In this document: positions 39,833-52,500 of the stretch, piece after piece
Numbering within the stretch: position 1 is the first letter of the stretch
Layout: each line of letters starts with the position of its first letter
Source of the DNA: Dimorphilus gyrociliatus
Taxonomy: Eukaryota > Animalia > Annelida
Length of the DNA: 64,000 nt
Direction of reading: 5' to 3'
Assembly (NCBI GenBank): GCA_904063045.1
Contig: CAJFCJ010000003.1
Location: 2,900,504 to 2,964,503 of the forward strand
Program-made: the position numbers and the translations under genes
Notes under the pieces: generated by a model
Database searches by the model: none
Told to the model about the DNA's origin: nothing
What the model saw: only the letters and a program-made list of their open reading frames with translations

Positions 39833-41605
39833 ATGGCCGAAGATAAATATAAAAGGATCTTGTTAGAAAATCGTAATTTATTAGTGAATAACATTATAAT
39901 CGATGATAAATTCATTAATTTATTAAGAGAAAAAAAAGTTATTACTGCTAGTATGCTTAAGGATCTTGAACAAATAGAAGAGAAAGAGGAAAAATTAATA
40001 CAACTATTACAACATGTGGCAAGATTGGGTAAAAATAGTTTTTTCGCTTTTGGTGATGTTCTCTCTCTTACGTTAGATTTCAAAGTCATTTTTCACTCTA
40101 ATTATTATATTTCCTGTATGAATATTCATAAACAAATGATTAAGTAATTAATGGAATATTAATTCTTATTAAAAGTAAAATTTTTTTTGAAATCTATCGT
40201 TAGTGGACATGCTCTACTAGCTGATCATTTACAAGAGGAAGACGTTTGTGAAAAATCTCAGAGCAAAGAATTTCAAGATATCTTTGCCAAATTTCCTACT
40301 CTAGCTAGAGCGTTAAATCCAGTTGAACAGCAGAAATTGTTGGCATTTCTTCGAGAGAAATCTGTCGAGATCGTTATTAGATATTCATGGAAAAAGTCAG
40401 GAACCGAGAGGGAAAAAGCTGCTAGAGGAAGGCAACAATTACTGCAAGAGGAAGTTGAAAAAGGTAGAACTATTAAGGAAAAGGAAAAACAAATAGCAAT
40501 TTTAGAAGAACAGCTTATAAAAGAGAATGAAGAAAAGGATTCTGTATCGGAAGACGCAAAACATCTAAGAAGAACATTACAGTCAAAAACTTCAAAACAT
40601 TCAGAAGAAATGCACAAAATGATAAGATCAAACGATGCAAGTGAAAATGCTAATAGGATGGCTAATCAAAGAATTGCCTTTTTCGATTCTCAAATTAAAG
40701 TAACAATCTAAAACAGATTAATCTATGAATTTTAAATATTATTAAAAAAATTAGGGTTAATAAGTAATAGGGTTATGCAAAAATGGTAATAGTCTGTTAA
40801 AATTGTTACGTAAAGGCAATGAACGTTCAAATACTAAAAGTGTTTGGTCAAAACGAATACGAAAGCAGTTCTAATCCAGATAACGTTCGCGTTAGTCAAT
40901 TACAGCTGAACGTTAACAGTTTATTAGATCATTTAGGCGTAATGGAAAAACAGATTGAAAAGGTCACAAAGGAAAGAAAAGAAGAACGTGAAAAGCTGTT
41001 TAAAGCCTGGAATATTTCGGATCGTGGACAATCCATTCTAGACGCTTACGCTAATTCCGTTAACAAATTAGAAAAGAGTCATTGGTCTTTACTTGAAAAG
41101 GTGAAATGTTTAGTGAAGACATTAATCGAATTTTGTTAATAAACACAATATATTTATTTATTTACAGGTTAATCATATTTGTTTAGCTTTGCACTGCAGC
41201 GACGAAAACGATAAAAGTATCGAAGACAAAGTGAAGAATGTGGGAGAATGGAGAGTAGATTTAAATGCTGTTCTAAAGAAACTTAATAATATAGAGAGAT
41301 CTTGTACTAGTCTTCAAAAGAGTGAAGCGAATTATAAAGATAGTTACGAAAAATTAAAGAAGGAACATACACTCTTACTTAAATCAAAACAAGAAAGTAT
41401 AGATGTTTTATCCAAAGTAAAAGAAGAAAAGTCTACAAATGAAGTTGAAGAAGAAGGAGCAGCCAAGCCAATTCAACCTTTATCTAAACCACAAAGACCA
41501 GATAAAACAAAAGTTTTACCAAGATATATGGAAAATATATCCAAACCGAAGAATAGAGGCACAATTCATTCAATATCTAAATCAAAGAAGATGAATTACT
41601 ATTAA
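39833..41605 (+). CDS. CARD (death-fold) domain plus coiled-coil protein (~485 aa)
   Basis: Exons 39833-40071, 40204-40699, 40816-41100, 41168-41605, in phase. The N-terminus has a CARD pattern (ILLENRNLLVNNI, LLREKKVIT, LLQHVARLGKNSFFAF..VL..TGHALLADHL), followed by E/K-rich heptads. Confidence 0.8.
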
Positions 41606-41975
41606 ATATTTACCTTATTTGTTATACAAAAAGTTTATCAGATCTCAAGCTATCAAACAAGAATAGTTTATTTCAATAAAATTTTTCAAAATAAAACATT
41701 GATTAATTAGCTTACTTAAATATTTTTACATCTTTAGATAACAATTTTCTTTGATTAGACATCAAAAATAAGACAATTTTTAAAATATTTTCATGTATAT
41801 ACTAATATATAAACTGTATATACTTTTGGAAATAATTCTCAAATTGCCTTTAATTTTACCATTCAATTTTATTTTGAATGGACATTTTTACAAAACAAAA
41901 CTATATGGAGAAGAGAAAAGCAGAGATGTACATATTTTTTTGTTCAAATATACATTTTATTTCATTTTTTATGAG

Positions 41976-41999
41976 ATATATATATATATATATATACTG

Positions 42000-42036
<37 letters not shown>
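41976..42036 (+). repeat. Compound (AT)n(AG)n microsatellite
   Basis: Directly visible. Confidence 0.85.
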
Positions 42037-42633
42037 CAGAAGGACAGACAGAGAGAAAATAGTTCTATATATCTCTTCTTCCCTTAATAAAGATACAAAC
42101 TAATTTTTTACAGTTTAAACGAGACAATTATATATTCCTCTAAATTGTGTTTAATTTTTTTGTAACATTTTTATAACCATTTTTTTTTTTGACTACAGCA
42201 AAATATAGTTTACTTTCTTCTCTTTTGCCAAGTCCGAATACTGTAATTGTGAATTGAGTATAGTCGTTGTATTAACTTTCCCCCTTTAGTCATATTTTAC
42301 TATATAAACCCTTTATTTCGTACTTCTTTTGATTAATTCTATTATTTATTTACAATCTTATTTATATGTATTATAATATCTCAAAATTTTTTTTTCTTTT
42401 TTTCGTTTGTACGAATAAAAAAGACTACTTTCTATATTTTGGGTCATATAGAAAGTAGGGATTAGACAGTTTGAATAAAGGAATTATAAGAAAAAGGGGA
42501 CATTGCGAAAATTCTTTGCTGTTTTTTATGATTATTATTATGATTATTATTATATAACCTCGTCTTTTAATTAAAGTTTTTGTACATTAGATTCTTAAAC
42601 TATACATAAATTTTTATAGTTTTTTTAGTATAA

Positions 42634-42646
42634 AGCGCCATCTGTT
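42634..42646 (-). promoter_or_regulatory. CTCF-like motif AACAGATGGCGCT
   Basis: Core AGATGGCGC, between the convergent CARD and ERG genes. Confidence 0.45.
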
Positions 42647-42766
42647 AAGTTTGCGCTACATACTATACTTGGTGAGATTTTTTTTTGTATACTGTGTGTT
42701 TTGTGTTTTTCCGTAAGTGAATAATTTTGGCTGAGGATATTCCTTAGCGCTTTAATCTTCGTTAAA

Positions 42767-45700
42767 TCATGCACAATAAGAACTAGCTGAGGAGTAGGGA
42801 GAGCTCGAAGAAAGGGAGGAGGAGTGAGAAGCATTTGGCTGTAAAGTTGGGTAGAACGAATTATGGCCACTAGTCCAGTAGGAGGAAGACGGGTGAAAGA
42901 AATGTCCACCAGGTGGTGCCATATGAGCCATGAAGTTTAGCTTCGATGTATGATGGTAGGTGGACATGAGAAGGTCTTGATGATATTTATAGGCGGAAGG
43001 ATCAGAAGTTGGTTGAATAGCCTGAGTTAGGCCTGCAAAATCGAATTTGTAGGCGTAACGTTTTCCGTGAACCTTTGTCATAATATTCTTATCATAGTAA
43101 TAGCGTAAAGCTCGGGAAAGTTTATCATAATTCATATTTGGTTTTGACTTTCGTTCGCCCCAACGTCTTGCTACCTCATCGGGATCCACGAGTTTAAATT
43201 CTCCAGATGTTCCTTCCCAAGTGATGCAAGATTGATTCTTGTAGTCGGACAACAGTTCGAGTAGGAATTGCCAAAGCTGAATTTGCCCTGAACCTGTAGA
43301 TATTAATATTATTTAAACAAATAGACATAGCAACAAGCAAAGAAGTACATCAAAATATGTAAGCGGCAAAGAAAATCCCTTCATTCATAATCAAATCCGA
43401 TGAAAAGAACACTCATCCGCTCACTTGTAACGCTTTATATATTTTATAGCTTTAAAGACCTGCTACCCTAATTACATGTCCATAATATGTAATAACCTAT
43501 CTATTAGGGGTTAAATACATTATAAAATTACTTGCTCTCTTATTAATATAGAATTTTTTCCCCGGTCTACTAGGATGCCAAAATCATAGGACTTTCCCTA
43601 CAACATATAAAATCGCGTTATTTCGCGTCGTTTCAATCGCGTAGGCAGCGACGCCTGTAATCTACTTAGACGCCCTGTTTTATCAGCGTTAGCAAAGCGT
43701 TACTTCCGTTTGACCTGCGATGTTGCTGACTGGAATAAACTATGGATGAGAGAGTATACATAGAGGCGACAGACAAAAAAACTAACAAATATTTTTGTTA
43801 TCCTTTAAAATATACAAGCTATTAATATCCTTCTTCTGTTTAAATTACTAGTAAATACGGCTTATTAACCCTGTGTATCAGCGATCAGCGTTCAATTACG
43901 CTTGAATATTGTTAACACCTTCAAAGGACATGACGATTCTCAATGCTATAACAATAAAGTAAATAACAAATATAAACTTGCACTTACCCGAGTTGCAAAG
44001 GCGACTTGAAATCGGACCAAGAACCTGATAAGGGTCTGTAAGCAACAGAAAAATTAAAGTGATGACAATACAATTTAGTCTGGCCAATATGTCTACCGTT
44101 ATGTGTGCAGAATAATGAGCCTTTGATTGCGAACGAGTTCAGACAAGAGTCAAGTAGACGTTTCGTTCACATTCAATTTTGTTGCTATTTGCTACAAGGG
44201 CTAATTATTTTGGCGGGAAGTCAGTATATCTGTATTTTACCTACTTTTTCTCTACAAATTTATCATTTATCTTCAAGAAATATAACGCCGTTTTAGTCTC
44301 TTTTCTTTCTTATTACTTTTTATTGTCTATTTTTTCCCATATATTTAAAAAATAAACTTATAAGAGAAAACTTTTTTATTACCCTAACAGCACTTACATT
44401 GTTTAGACAGCTATCACGTGACTAAACGCGTTTCACTGGACGACTTTTCAACCGAAAAGACGCCCCGGGCGAGCAAAAGAAACAGTAGACTTGCGGTAAA
44501 CTATGTGGAGGATTAATGTTTAAAAGATAATATATTGGAATAAGAGATTTGTAAGCATATAAAAACTATTGATTATTTGTCCAAAGTATTACGCAACAGG
44601 GACTTTAAAAGTTTTTGTTCAAGCAACAAACTGACCGTGTGGATATTCCCCTTAGACTATTCGCTTAATAAATATGGTTATTGCTATTCTCAACCGACGA
44701 GAAGAGTCAAAAGATTTCTCAATTAGGTTTCAGTATAGCAATAGCAGATTTCTCCGTCGACCGTCCGTCGTTCGATAAACGCATTTGTCTTTTTTCACGT
44801 CAAAAACAGGCGGAAGCGATTAGGCGCAAAGTTCTATCAGAGTACGATAGACGCTTTTTTTTGTAAAAGCAAAACAACAGATTTCAATAGTCCGAAGTTT
44901 TTATAAGAAGTTTTCTATTTGACATAACCGTAATAATCTAAATAAGAAAAGGACAAGAAAGCTACAAACCTAACGTTTGATGTCTAGAAAACTGTCCGTC
45001 TAATCCTTTTAGTTGCATGTGGTGTGAATAGCCTGAGAAAAAACAGCAAAGGCATTCATCCGTTAAAAATTCTCGATGTATATGTACAATTTTTATATGC
45101 TTTATTCTCACCTTGGCTTTCAGAACACTGCGGAAACCAGGAAGACTTTCCATACGTTGGATGCTCTGTAAATGAGACAAGGTCAAGGTTAGATAATAAC
45201 TTGAAAAAGGTTTATAATAATAAAGTTTACGAAAAAAAAAGAAAGTTTGAAAACAGATTAAAATACCGTGAAAAACGACTCCCGAAAAAGCCGTTAAATG
45301 TCTGATATACTCCTCTTTTTTAATGCTGGAACCGAGCGAGCAGTCAATCATGGCGAGGGCGTCTAAACGGCGTTTCGAACGGAAATAGAGGGCCCGCGTC
45401 ACCTTTTAAACTGACCGCGTGCGGCGCGTTTCTTCAGCGCAGAAAATTTTTTCCCTATTTGCGCCCTAGACAATGAAATTTACATTTTTGTTTTTTATCC
45501 TCAAGTAGGCCTACTAGTTTATTAAGAAAAGTAAATAAACTACCTATTTAAGGATAAGAAATGAAAATATAACTTTGTACTCTGTCTTATTTACAGATTA
45601 TGATGTGTTTTTCCAACTAATTATAAGCGATTAAAATCGAATCTCCAAAAGGAAATTAAAGAGTTTTGACAGTTTATTATCACTCAAAACGATGTGTAAT

Positions 45701-48618
45701 CGATATGTAGCACTTGATCATTTCCTATTGCATATCGATCCTTTACAAAGCGTTTCTTTTCCTCCCTTTTTTCCTAAACAGAAATTCTTCTCATAAGCAA
45801 AGACGAATAATGAAATAGCGTCTAGCGGGCTTATTTGCAGGGGCATCTCTGACCTAACCCTGTTTTTCGCCATTTTAGTGATGACCGCAATCTATTTGTC
45901 ATTATAAAAAAAAGACTAAATTTTGCTCATTCGGTTTGGCTAGGCCTAATGAAAGCTTACTGGTGTGAAATAATCACAGGAACACACATTTCTTCAAATA
46001 TATTATAACAACTAGATAATGGTCAGTTAAACGCGGTAGTTAAGCAGCAATTCGAGGGTGTCGAAAGACGCCAGAAGGGCGTCACTTTTGCAATCAACTA
46101 AGGCGACGCTCGCTCATTTGATTGTGACGCCCCGTTGAAGGGTAGGTTATGCTGAGGGCGTTATTCGCGGGCGTAGGTCACGTGATTTTGTTTTCAAGCA
46201 AAAAACCGTCTCTATTTTAAATAAAATCTATCAGTTTTTCAGAAGCTCATATTGGAAGAAGCATAAGAAACGAGTATCACGGATAAATGTTTGTAGATTA
46301 AATCAAGTGTCGTTAAGTACTCTTGCTCGCAAGTATTGCTAGACTTTCCTCCGTCTTCTTAATGATTATTTGGTAAGCAGATAGTTCTTTAAAAAATGTG
46401 ACAATTTGTTCAATTACACTACGATCTAGACAATAAACCGGACGGGTGTGTCCTTACTGTCCTCACTGATTTGCTTTAGTCTTAATTACAGAACATAGAG
46501 GGCGCTAACAATGTTCAAATATACAACAAAAGAAAACTAACCATTTTTGGAGCTTGCCGTTAAACTTGGCGTTGAATAAGAGGGAAATGAATAATTACCG
46601 AATTTCGGAGAGTTTCGACCTATTTTAAAAAGTCTTTTAAAGTTTATATAAAGTTAAGATAATAATTGATATATACAATAGTGCCATCTTGCGAGAAATA
46701 CTAAGTAGCTTTTCTTTCTTTATCATTTTCTTTTAAAAACTGTCTTAAATAAAAAATAACGCACATGTATTTCTCTTAAGATTCACTATAATGTTTAAAT
46801 AATTCAAATTATCTTATGCGCTGCAACGGAAGACTGCAAGCCCTACTAATGTAACCAAGAAAAATGGCAAATCTTTAAATAATTTAAAAGATGGCAGCAC
46901 TGAATAGTGCTGGCTTGTAACATTATTCCACCCAGGGAAAGTACATTAAAAAAACAATAAGACTATTGATAACAGAAAAATAAACATACCTCTTATCAGA
47001 GATTGATAGGCCTGATATAGTAATTCACCAATTTCCTTGCTAGCGCAGACATCGACAAAGTTATCTAGTGTCATATTAAACAAATCTTTACCATCGACAT
47101 GCAAAAAATTGGTAGTCAGACTACTACAAATAGACTCTGCCAAGCCCAGTTTGTTTATTTGATATCTCAACCAGCTATTTACTTGTTCCGATGTCCAAGA
47201 TTGAGGATCACCTGAAATTTAACGGAAAATTATACATGCTATTTAGAGGAATGATTGAACATGAAAAGAAATATGTTCAAGGAAATCTTAAGATATTATG
47301 CAAACATCTACTATTAAATTTAGCAACTAAAGGGCGATAGCCTGGAAGGGCGGAAGACTACTAAAAGTAAGAGTTGCGTCATTTTCCGTAATTTATTAGT
47401 GAAAATTTCAAGCTTTTACATCTGGCCCGGTTCGCTAATTGGTTCATTGTAGTGCACGTGGCAACCAACGCAGTAGGGTCTCTTAGAAATTCGACTTGGA
47501 CTACATCTGCTCATTTAGAAGCCACTGTTTTAGATAAAGGACATAATTCAAAGAATACTTATTTCATCTTTTTGCAGTTAAATTGAGACGGGAACAACAT
47601 AGTAGAGAAAGAGTGAACAATAGATGAATTGCTCATGTATACAATATATATATTATATATAATATCTATTTGTTATCATAAGTCAAAGTAATAAATGATA
47701 AAATTCAATGTAAAAGAACTATTACAATGAAAAAATTCTCAAATTCAATATGATTATGACTTTTTTACAGTGACAACTGAAAAATCTAAGTCATTAGCCT
47801 AAATCTTTTGTCAAATTGAAAGAAATGCCCTTGTTGAGCCTACCGTGTCGGAAGCTTTTCGCTTCCTCTTCACTACCTACTTCTACCTGCCTGATTGCGT
47901 CACAAAACTGCATGAGATCTAACTTCTTTGGGCGGACATTTTTTAACAGAACATATAAAAGCTTTTTTTTTGACTATATTTAATGGAATTGTTGTAAACA
48001 ATAAACAATAAAAGGAAACAAATTTACCTTTGATATTGTTTTGTTGAGAATAGCAATTTAATGATAGTGAAAGATGCTTCATCTTTTAATATATACATAT
48101 ACCATAAATTGATTCATATTAATCCTATTAATATTCGACATAAAGAAAAACTATGTATTTCTCTTGATTTTCTTTCTACCGCCCGTAATTGTTGGTGAAT
48201 TAAATAATGATAAAAGAGAAACCGCTGAAAACTCATGAAAAGCGGAGGAATCGTTCGATAATCGGCCAATTAGAAAGCGCAGCAACGGACCGGAAGTCAG
48301 CAGCAGATGCATTGCAGTGCGTGATGCAGTCTGGTTTGACAATGAAAAGACGGTGCACAGGCAGGTGCAATTGTCTTTGCTGTTTGCTACTGCAAAAGCC
48401 TGATGGGCTCTTTTACGAATACGTTTTCTTTAATAAAAAATGCATGGTCTAATGCCTAAAAAAGAGCAACCTTCTGTTCCGAAAGGCAAAAATCTTGATT
48501 TGTCCATTTGCTCATAGTCTACATTATTCCATGAGGTTTGGCGAGGCATTTCATAAGAGTTCCATGCTGCGGGCGTTACTTCCGGCTTCAAGTAAGCTCT
48601 TTCTTCTCCAACATACAT
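42767..48618 (-). CDS. ERG/FLI1: ERG/FLI1-type ETS transcription factor with PNT domain (~353 aa)
   Basis: Exons 48618-48471, 47211-46990 (PNT: [14 protein letters not shown]), 45165-45112, 45032-44970, 44035-43988 ([16 protein letters not shown]), 43293-42767 ([15 protein letters not shown]...YAYKFDF and an ERG-like C-terminus). All introns are phase 1. The first exon join is the least certain. Confidence 0.9.
46175..46186 (-). promoter_or_regulatory. E-box ATCACGTGACCT in an ERG intron
   Basis: One of three identical 12-mers, within a locally GC-richer patch. Confidence 0.45.
46494..46507 (+). promoter_or_regulatory. CTCF-like motif CATAGAGGGCGCTA
   Basis: Core TAGAGGGCGC in an ERG intron. 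Confidence 0.45.
48289..48297 (+). promoter_or_regulatory. Consensus class I ETS site ACCGGAAGT in ERG intron 1
   Basis: Perfect 9-bp match in a GC-richer intronic patch. Confidence 0.4.
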
Positions 48619-49756
48619 TTTATTTTCCAAATGTTTACCTGTATTTATAATTAAAATCGTTTCATGAAACTAGCTCTCTTACAATAAATAAAGACTAAAA
48701 GCCATTCTCTAAATGAGGCCAATAAAAAACTGGCTGAATTCTATTTATCAATTAAAAAAGATAAGCAAAAAGAAATAAAAGACTGCTAAATATCTTCTCT
48801 TTAACAAAAGCAGTGGAATAAAATACATTACAGTTCAGACATTCTACTATGATATATTCGTTTTTTAAACACTTTCTATATGATTTTTTAATATAAAATC
48901 TACTTTATTAGATAAATTGTTAAATAAAACTAGAAATTTTTTGAAATATCAAGATAATTGTTAATAATCTTTTAAGAAAGAGACAACTTTCTTATTTTTC
49001 AATAGAAAAAGTAGAGAAAAAGCTTTAAAATATGTTTGCTTTTTTCGTTTTTTCTCAAAATTTTCAGCATTGAATTAACCTTTTTCAAAGGAGTACTTAT
49101 CACCTTAACTATACATATCCGATAACCAACACCGGCCAGGAAATTAGTAACATAAAACGAATAGGAAAAAGAAACAACATACTTTTATACTTTTAATTCT
49201 TTCCTTCGAAACGTTTCCTTCCCGACATACGCCGCTAAACTATGTCGGTTTCTCAATAGGCGATATGGTCGGACAGCTTTATGAATAATAAATTACTACC
49301 GAGCGATAATTGGTTAGCGGCCAGACTGACTAATTTAGAATATCCGCCATTTTTTTCTTCTATATGTTGCGTGCTAGGAAAATACGATTTAGTTTAGTTA
49401 ATTAGCAATTTTCTCTTAAAGGATTTATAAGACTTTTTTCTTTTCATTTAATAAACAAAAAGAAAGAAAAAAAAAACAACAAGATAATAGAAAATAAAAC
49501 AAAAAAAAATAAAAAAACTAATTAAAATATCTCTACAAAACGTGCAAAATTGAAATTAAAACTTATCAACGAAAATATAATAATTCTTCTATGCACTGAT
49601 TAAACTTTGTTTACATTTAAAAAAAAAAACGTTAATAACTTCGTATAATGCATTTTGTTTATAGGCTTAATAGAAATGTATTTACTTACGAAACTATAAT
49701 ATTCTCGTTGCAAAGTGACGGCTCTAAATGAGCGTCTTTGAAAGTAGCTATTCTTA

Positions 49757-49768
49757 ATCACGTGACCT
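49757..49768 (+). promoter_or_regulatory. E-box ATCACGTGACCT upstream of ERG
   Basis: Identical 12-mer. A GACGTCACGTCA CRE-like element lies nearby at about 49844-49855. Confidence 0.45.
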
Positions 49769-51258
49769 TTATAAGAGCTTAATTGAGGTATAAAAGAGTT
49801 TGAATTTCGTAAATGTATATACAATGTAGAAAAACATCTGCAAGACGTCACGTCAATAGTAATTATTCTTTGTTCTTTTAATTATTCCTCCCGTTCAAAG
49901 TAGAGTGCGTTCAATACAGAAAATTGAATTGGAACAATAAATTAACTATTTCCCTTATCAGATCGCAGGAGAGATTGACAAATTACTGTCTATTGTAAAA
50001 GGTGTTTATCAGCATTGAAAAATCTCTGAAGCCGAGAATTCGACGTCAATTGTGTAACGAAACAGTTGGAGATTTGCGGATCACTTAAATTTACACCGGT
50101 TTATTTAAGATTAATCGATTTTCCTCAAGTTATACATTCTTTGCTTTTACTTTTTGAAGGAGAGGAAAAAAATGTCATAGTCGTCTTAAAACTTCAAGTT
50201 TGGAAAAGAAGTGTGACTTTTAATCTTGACAGAAAATCTTCCCATTCATGAGGTAACAAACCAGCTGGACATTCAGGCGTTAGAACTGCCGTTCCTCTCA
50301 AAAACGACTCTAGTACGGCGCTTGAAACTGACCTAACGCCTAAGTAGTTAAAGAGCGTCTGTCAACGAGTGTCAAGTTTATGTTTAGGCACGCCCCTTCG
50401 CCTCCCCCGGGATTTTCTGCATTACCCATAACTCCAGGCGTTTCCTATTGACGGACGTCGCATTTTGAAAGGCGAGACTGCTCACGAAGGTGGAAGTTTG
50501 AAAAATACGCTAATTATTCATCAACTATGCAAAATAGTAATATTGTTATTTTGACTAAATTGAGTGAATTAAGTATTTAGCAAACAAAGACGCCTAGAGA
50601 ATCTTGATTGATTAAATAGGTTAACGCTTAATAAATTATAGTAAATATGAATTAACGCTAACTTAACACTAGAATAGAAGAGAACGAATACAATACAAAT
50701 GGGTGTTGCTGTTTATAGTAAGCACGAGACCAAACTGCTACTAATTGCAAATATATCTATAAAGGAAAGAACGACCCGTTAATTAAGACGCTTGAATGTA
50801 TAGCAACCTTGACCTTGATCTATTATGTAACAAGAGCTTTTGGGATTAGACAGTCTCAACGACTAATCACATCGCACGCATCGTCACTTTTCAGCAAATA
50901 TTTTGTCGGCAAAGACGTTTGATGTAAGACCGCAACATGGTCACTTTCGAAGGTGGACAGATGGCGCGTGTCGACCAGAAGCTCAGCAGGAGGTCTACCA
51001 CAAGACGGCAATTTTTTCGGGCCACTTTGTAACTTTTAAATAAGCGTTAAAATAAAAAGAAAAAAAATTATGCTCTTTCTCCTCTTTCCCAACGTTAGAG
51101 GAAAATATAAATTCCATTAAGAATAAGTATTAAATTTCAATTTTTTTTATTCTTTAAACTTTTATCTATATGCAACGGAAGTTAAAAGAGCTTATCAACT
51201 CTAGAAATCAAATTATACAAGCTATGTATACTCAATATTGTATACATAGAATTACAGA

Positions 51259-52500
51259 TTAATAGTAAGTCTGGCAGTAATAGTTTGCTGGGATGAAGTG
51301 CGAGGAGTTCTGAGGGTTAAAAACGTCGTGGGCTTGCTGCAGAGATTTTGTCAACTCTAAAAAGTGGAAGCGATAGGCATAACGTTTTCCATGTACTTTT
51401 GTCATAATGTTTTTATCGTAGTAGTATCGTAGCGCCCTTGACAATTTGTCGTAGTTCATATTTGGCTTCGATTTTTTAGCTCCCCAACGTCTTGCAACTT
51501 CGTCCGGATCCACGAGCTTGAATTCTCCGGATGTTCCTTCCCAAGTAATACAAGTCTGATTTTCCTTGTGAGATAAAAGCTCAAGTAGGAACTGCCAAAG
51601 TTGAATTTGTCCAGATCCTTTAAAGAGGAATAATATAAAATATATTTGTAAACATATGAAGAAAAATAAAATCAATATAAACTATTTATAGTTAAAACTC
51701 TTACCAGAAGACGATAATCTTGCAGATAAAGGACCAAACAGCACATAAGGGTCAGTAGGTTTAAAGTCGTGATGATTATCTTGAAACCATGTCGGCTCTA
51801 TTTGAAGGTAAAAAAAAGCAATGTAAAAATGAATAAACTTGATTTAATTAAAAATGATCCTCTAAAACTATTCAATCATGTTCAATTTAAGACTAATACC
51901 TCGTTTTATAGAAACGTGAGAATAAGGCGTGCTGGTTGGACTATAGTTACAGAAGGTGTTTGTATTAGAATTTCTATAGGACATAGATTGTTGAGTGTTC
52001 CATTTATTAGCCTCATCTGTTGAAGAAAATAAATAGAAAAAAATATAATTCATAATTTATTAAGTTTATTTTCTTCTTTTTTCCCCTCCATTGATTTATT
52101 TATATAATAACCAGAGAGAAAATGGATTTTTTTCTCTCTTCTCTTCAAGTGTTTCCTTTCATAGTTTATTTATGAGTCCTAATGAGATATTTAGACTTTC
52201 TTAGTAATTAGATTGTTAGCTTTTTAAAAGCCACTTTTAAATAAGACACCTAAAATTGATTTAATAAATAAAGTACTAACCTATTCCACCCACATTTGGC
52301 CGTATACATGGATAGCCGGACGGAAAAGAGTTTAAAATTGTTTCTGTAGAAGAATTGTTAAATGCCATTGATCTTTGCTGAGCAAAATCGTTGGTTGGAG
52401 GCCAATTCCTGTAGAGTGGGTTATTTGTAGTTTCGTTTGTCGTATCAATGAAAGATAGCATTCGATTCTGTTGGACATAATTTGTACTCCACTTATCCAT
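51259..52500 (-). CDS. Second ERG-subfamily ETS factor lacking a PNT domain (FEV/Pet-1-like or Ets65A-like), ~262 aa
   Basis: Exons 52500-52281, 52016-51900, 51797-51705 ([16 protein letters not shown]), 51617-51259 (ETS domain ending YAYRFHF). All introns are phase 1. Confidence 0.88.

Noticed and set aside
40750-40775. TTAGGG-like words as interstitial telomere
   Set aside because: Only one exact unit, inside an ordinary intron.
44962-45402. 146-aa minus-strand ORF (and 43896-44087) as separate genes
   Set aside because: Explained by small ERG exons (45165-45112, 45032-44970, 44035-43988) plus intron read-through.
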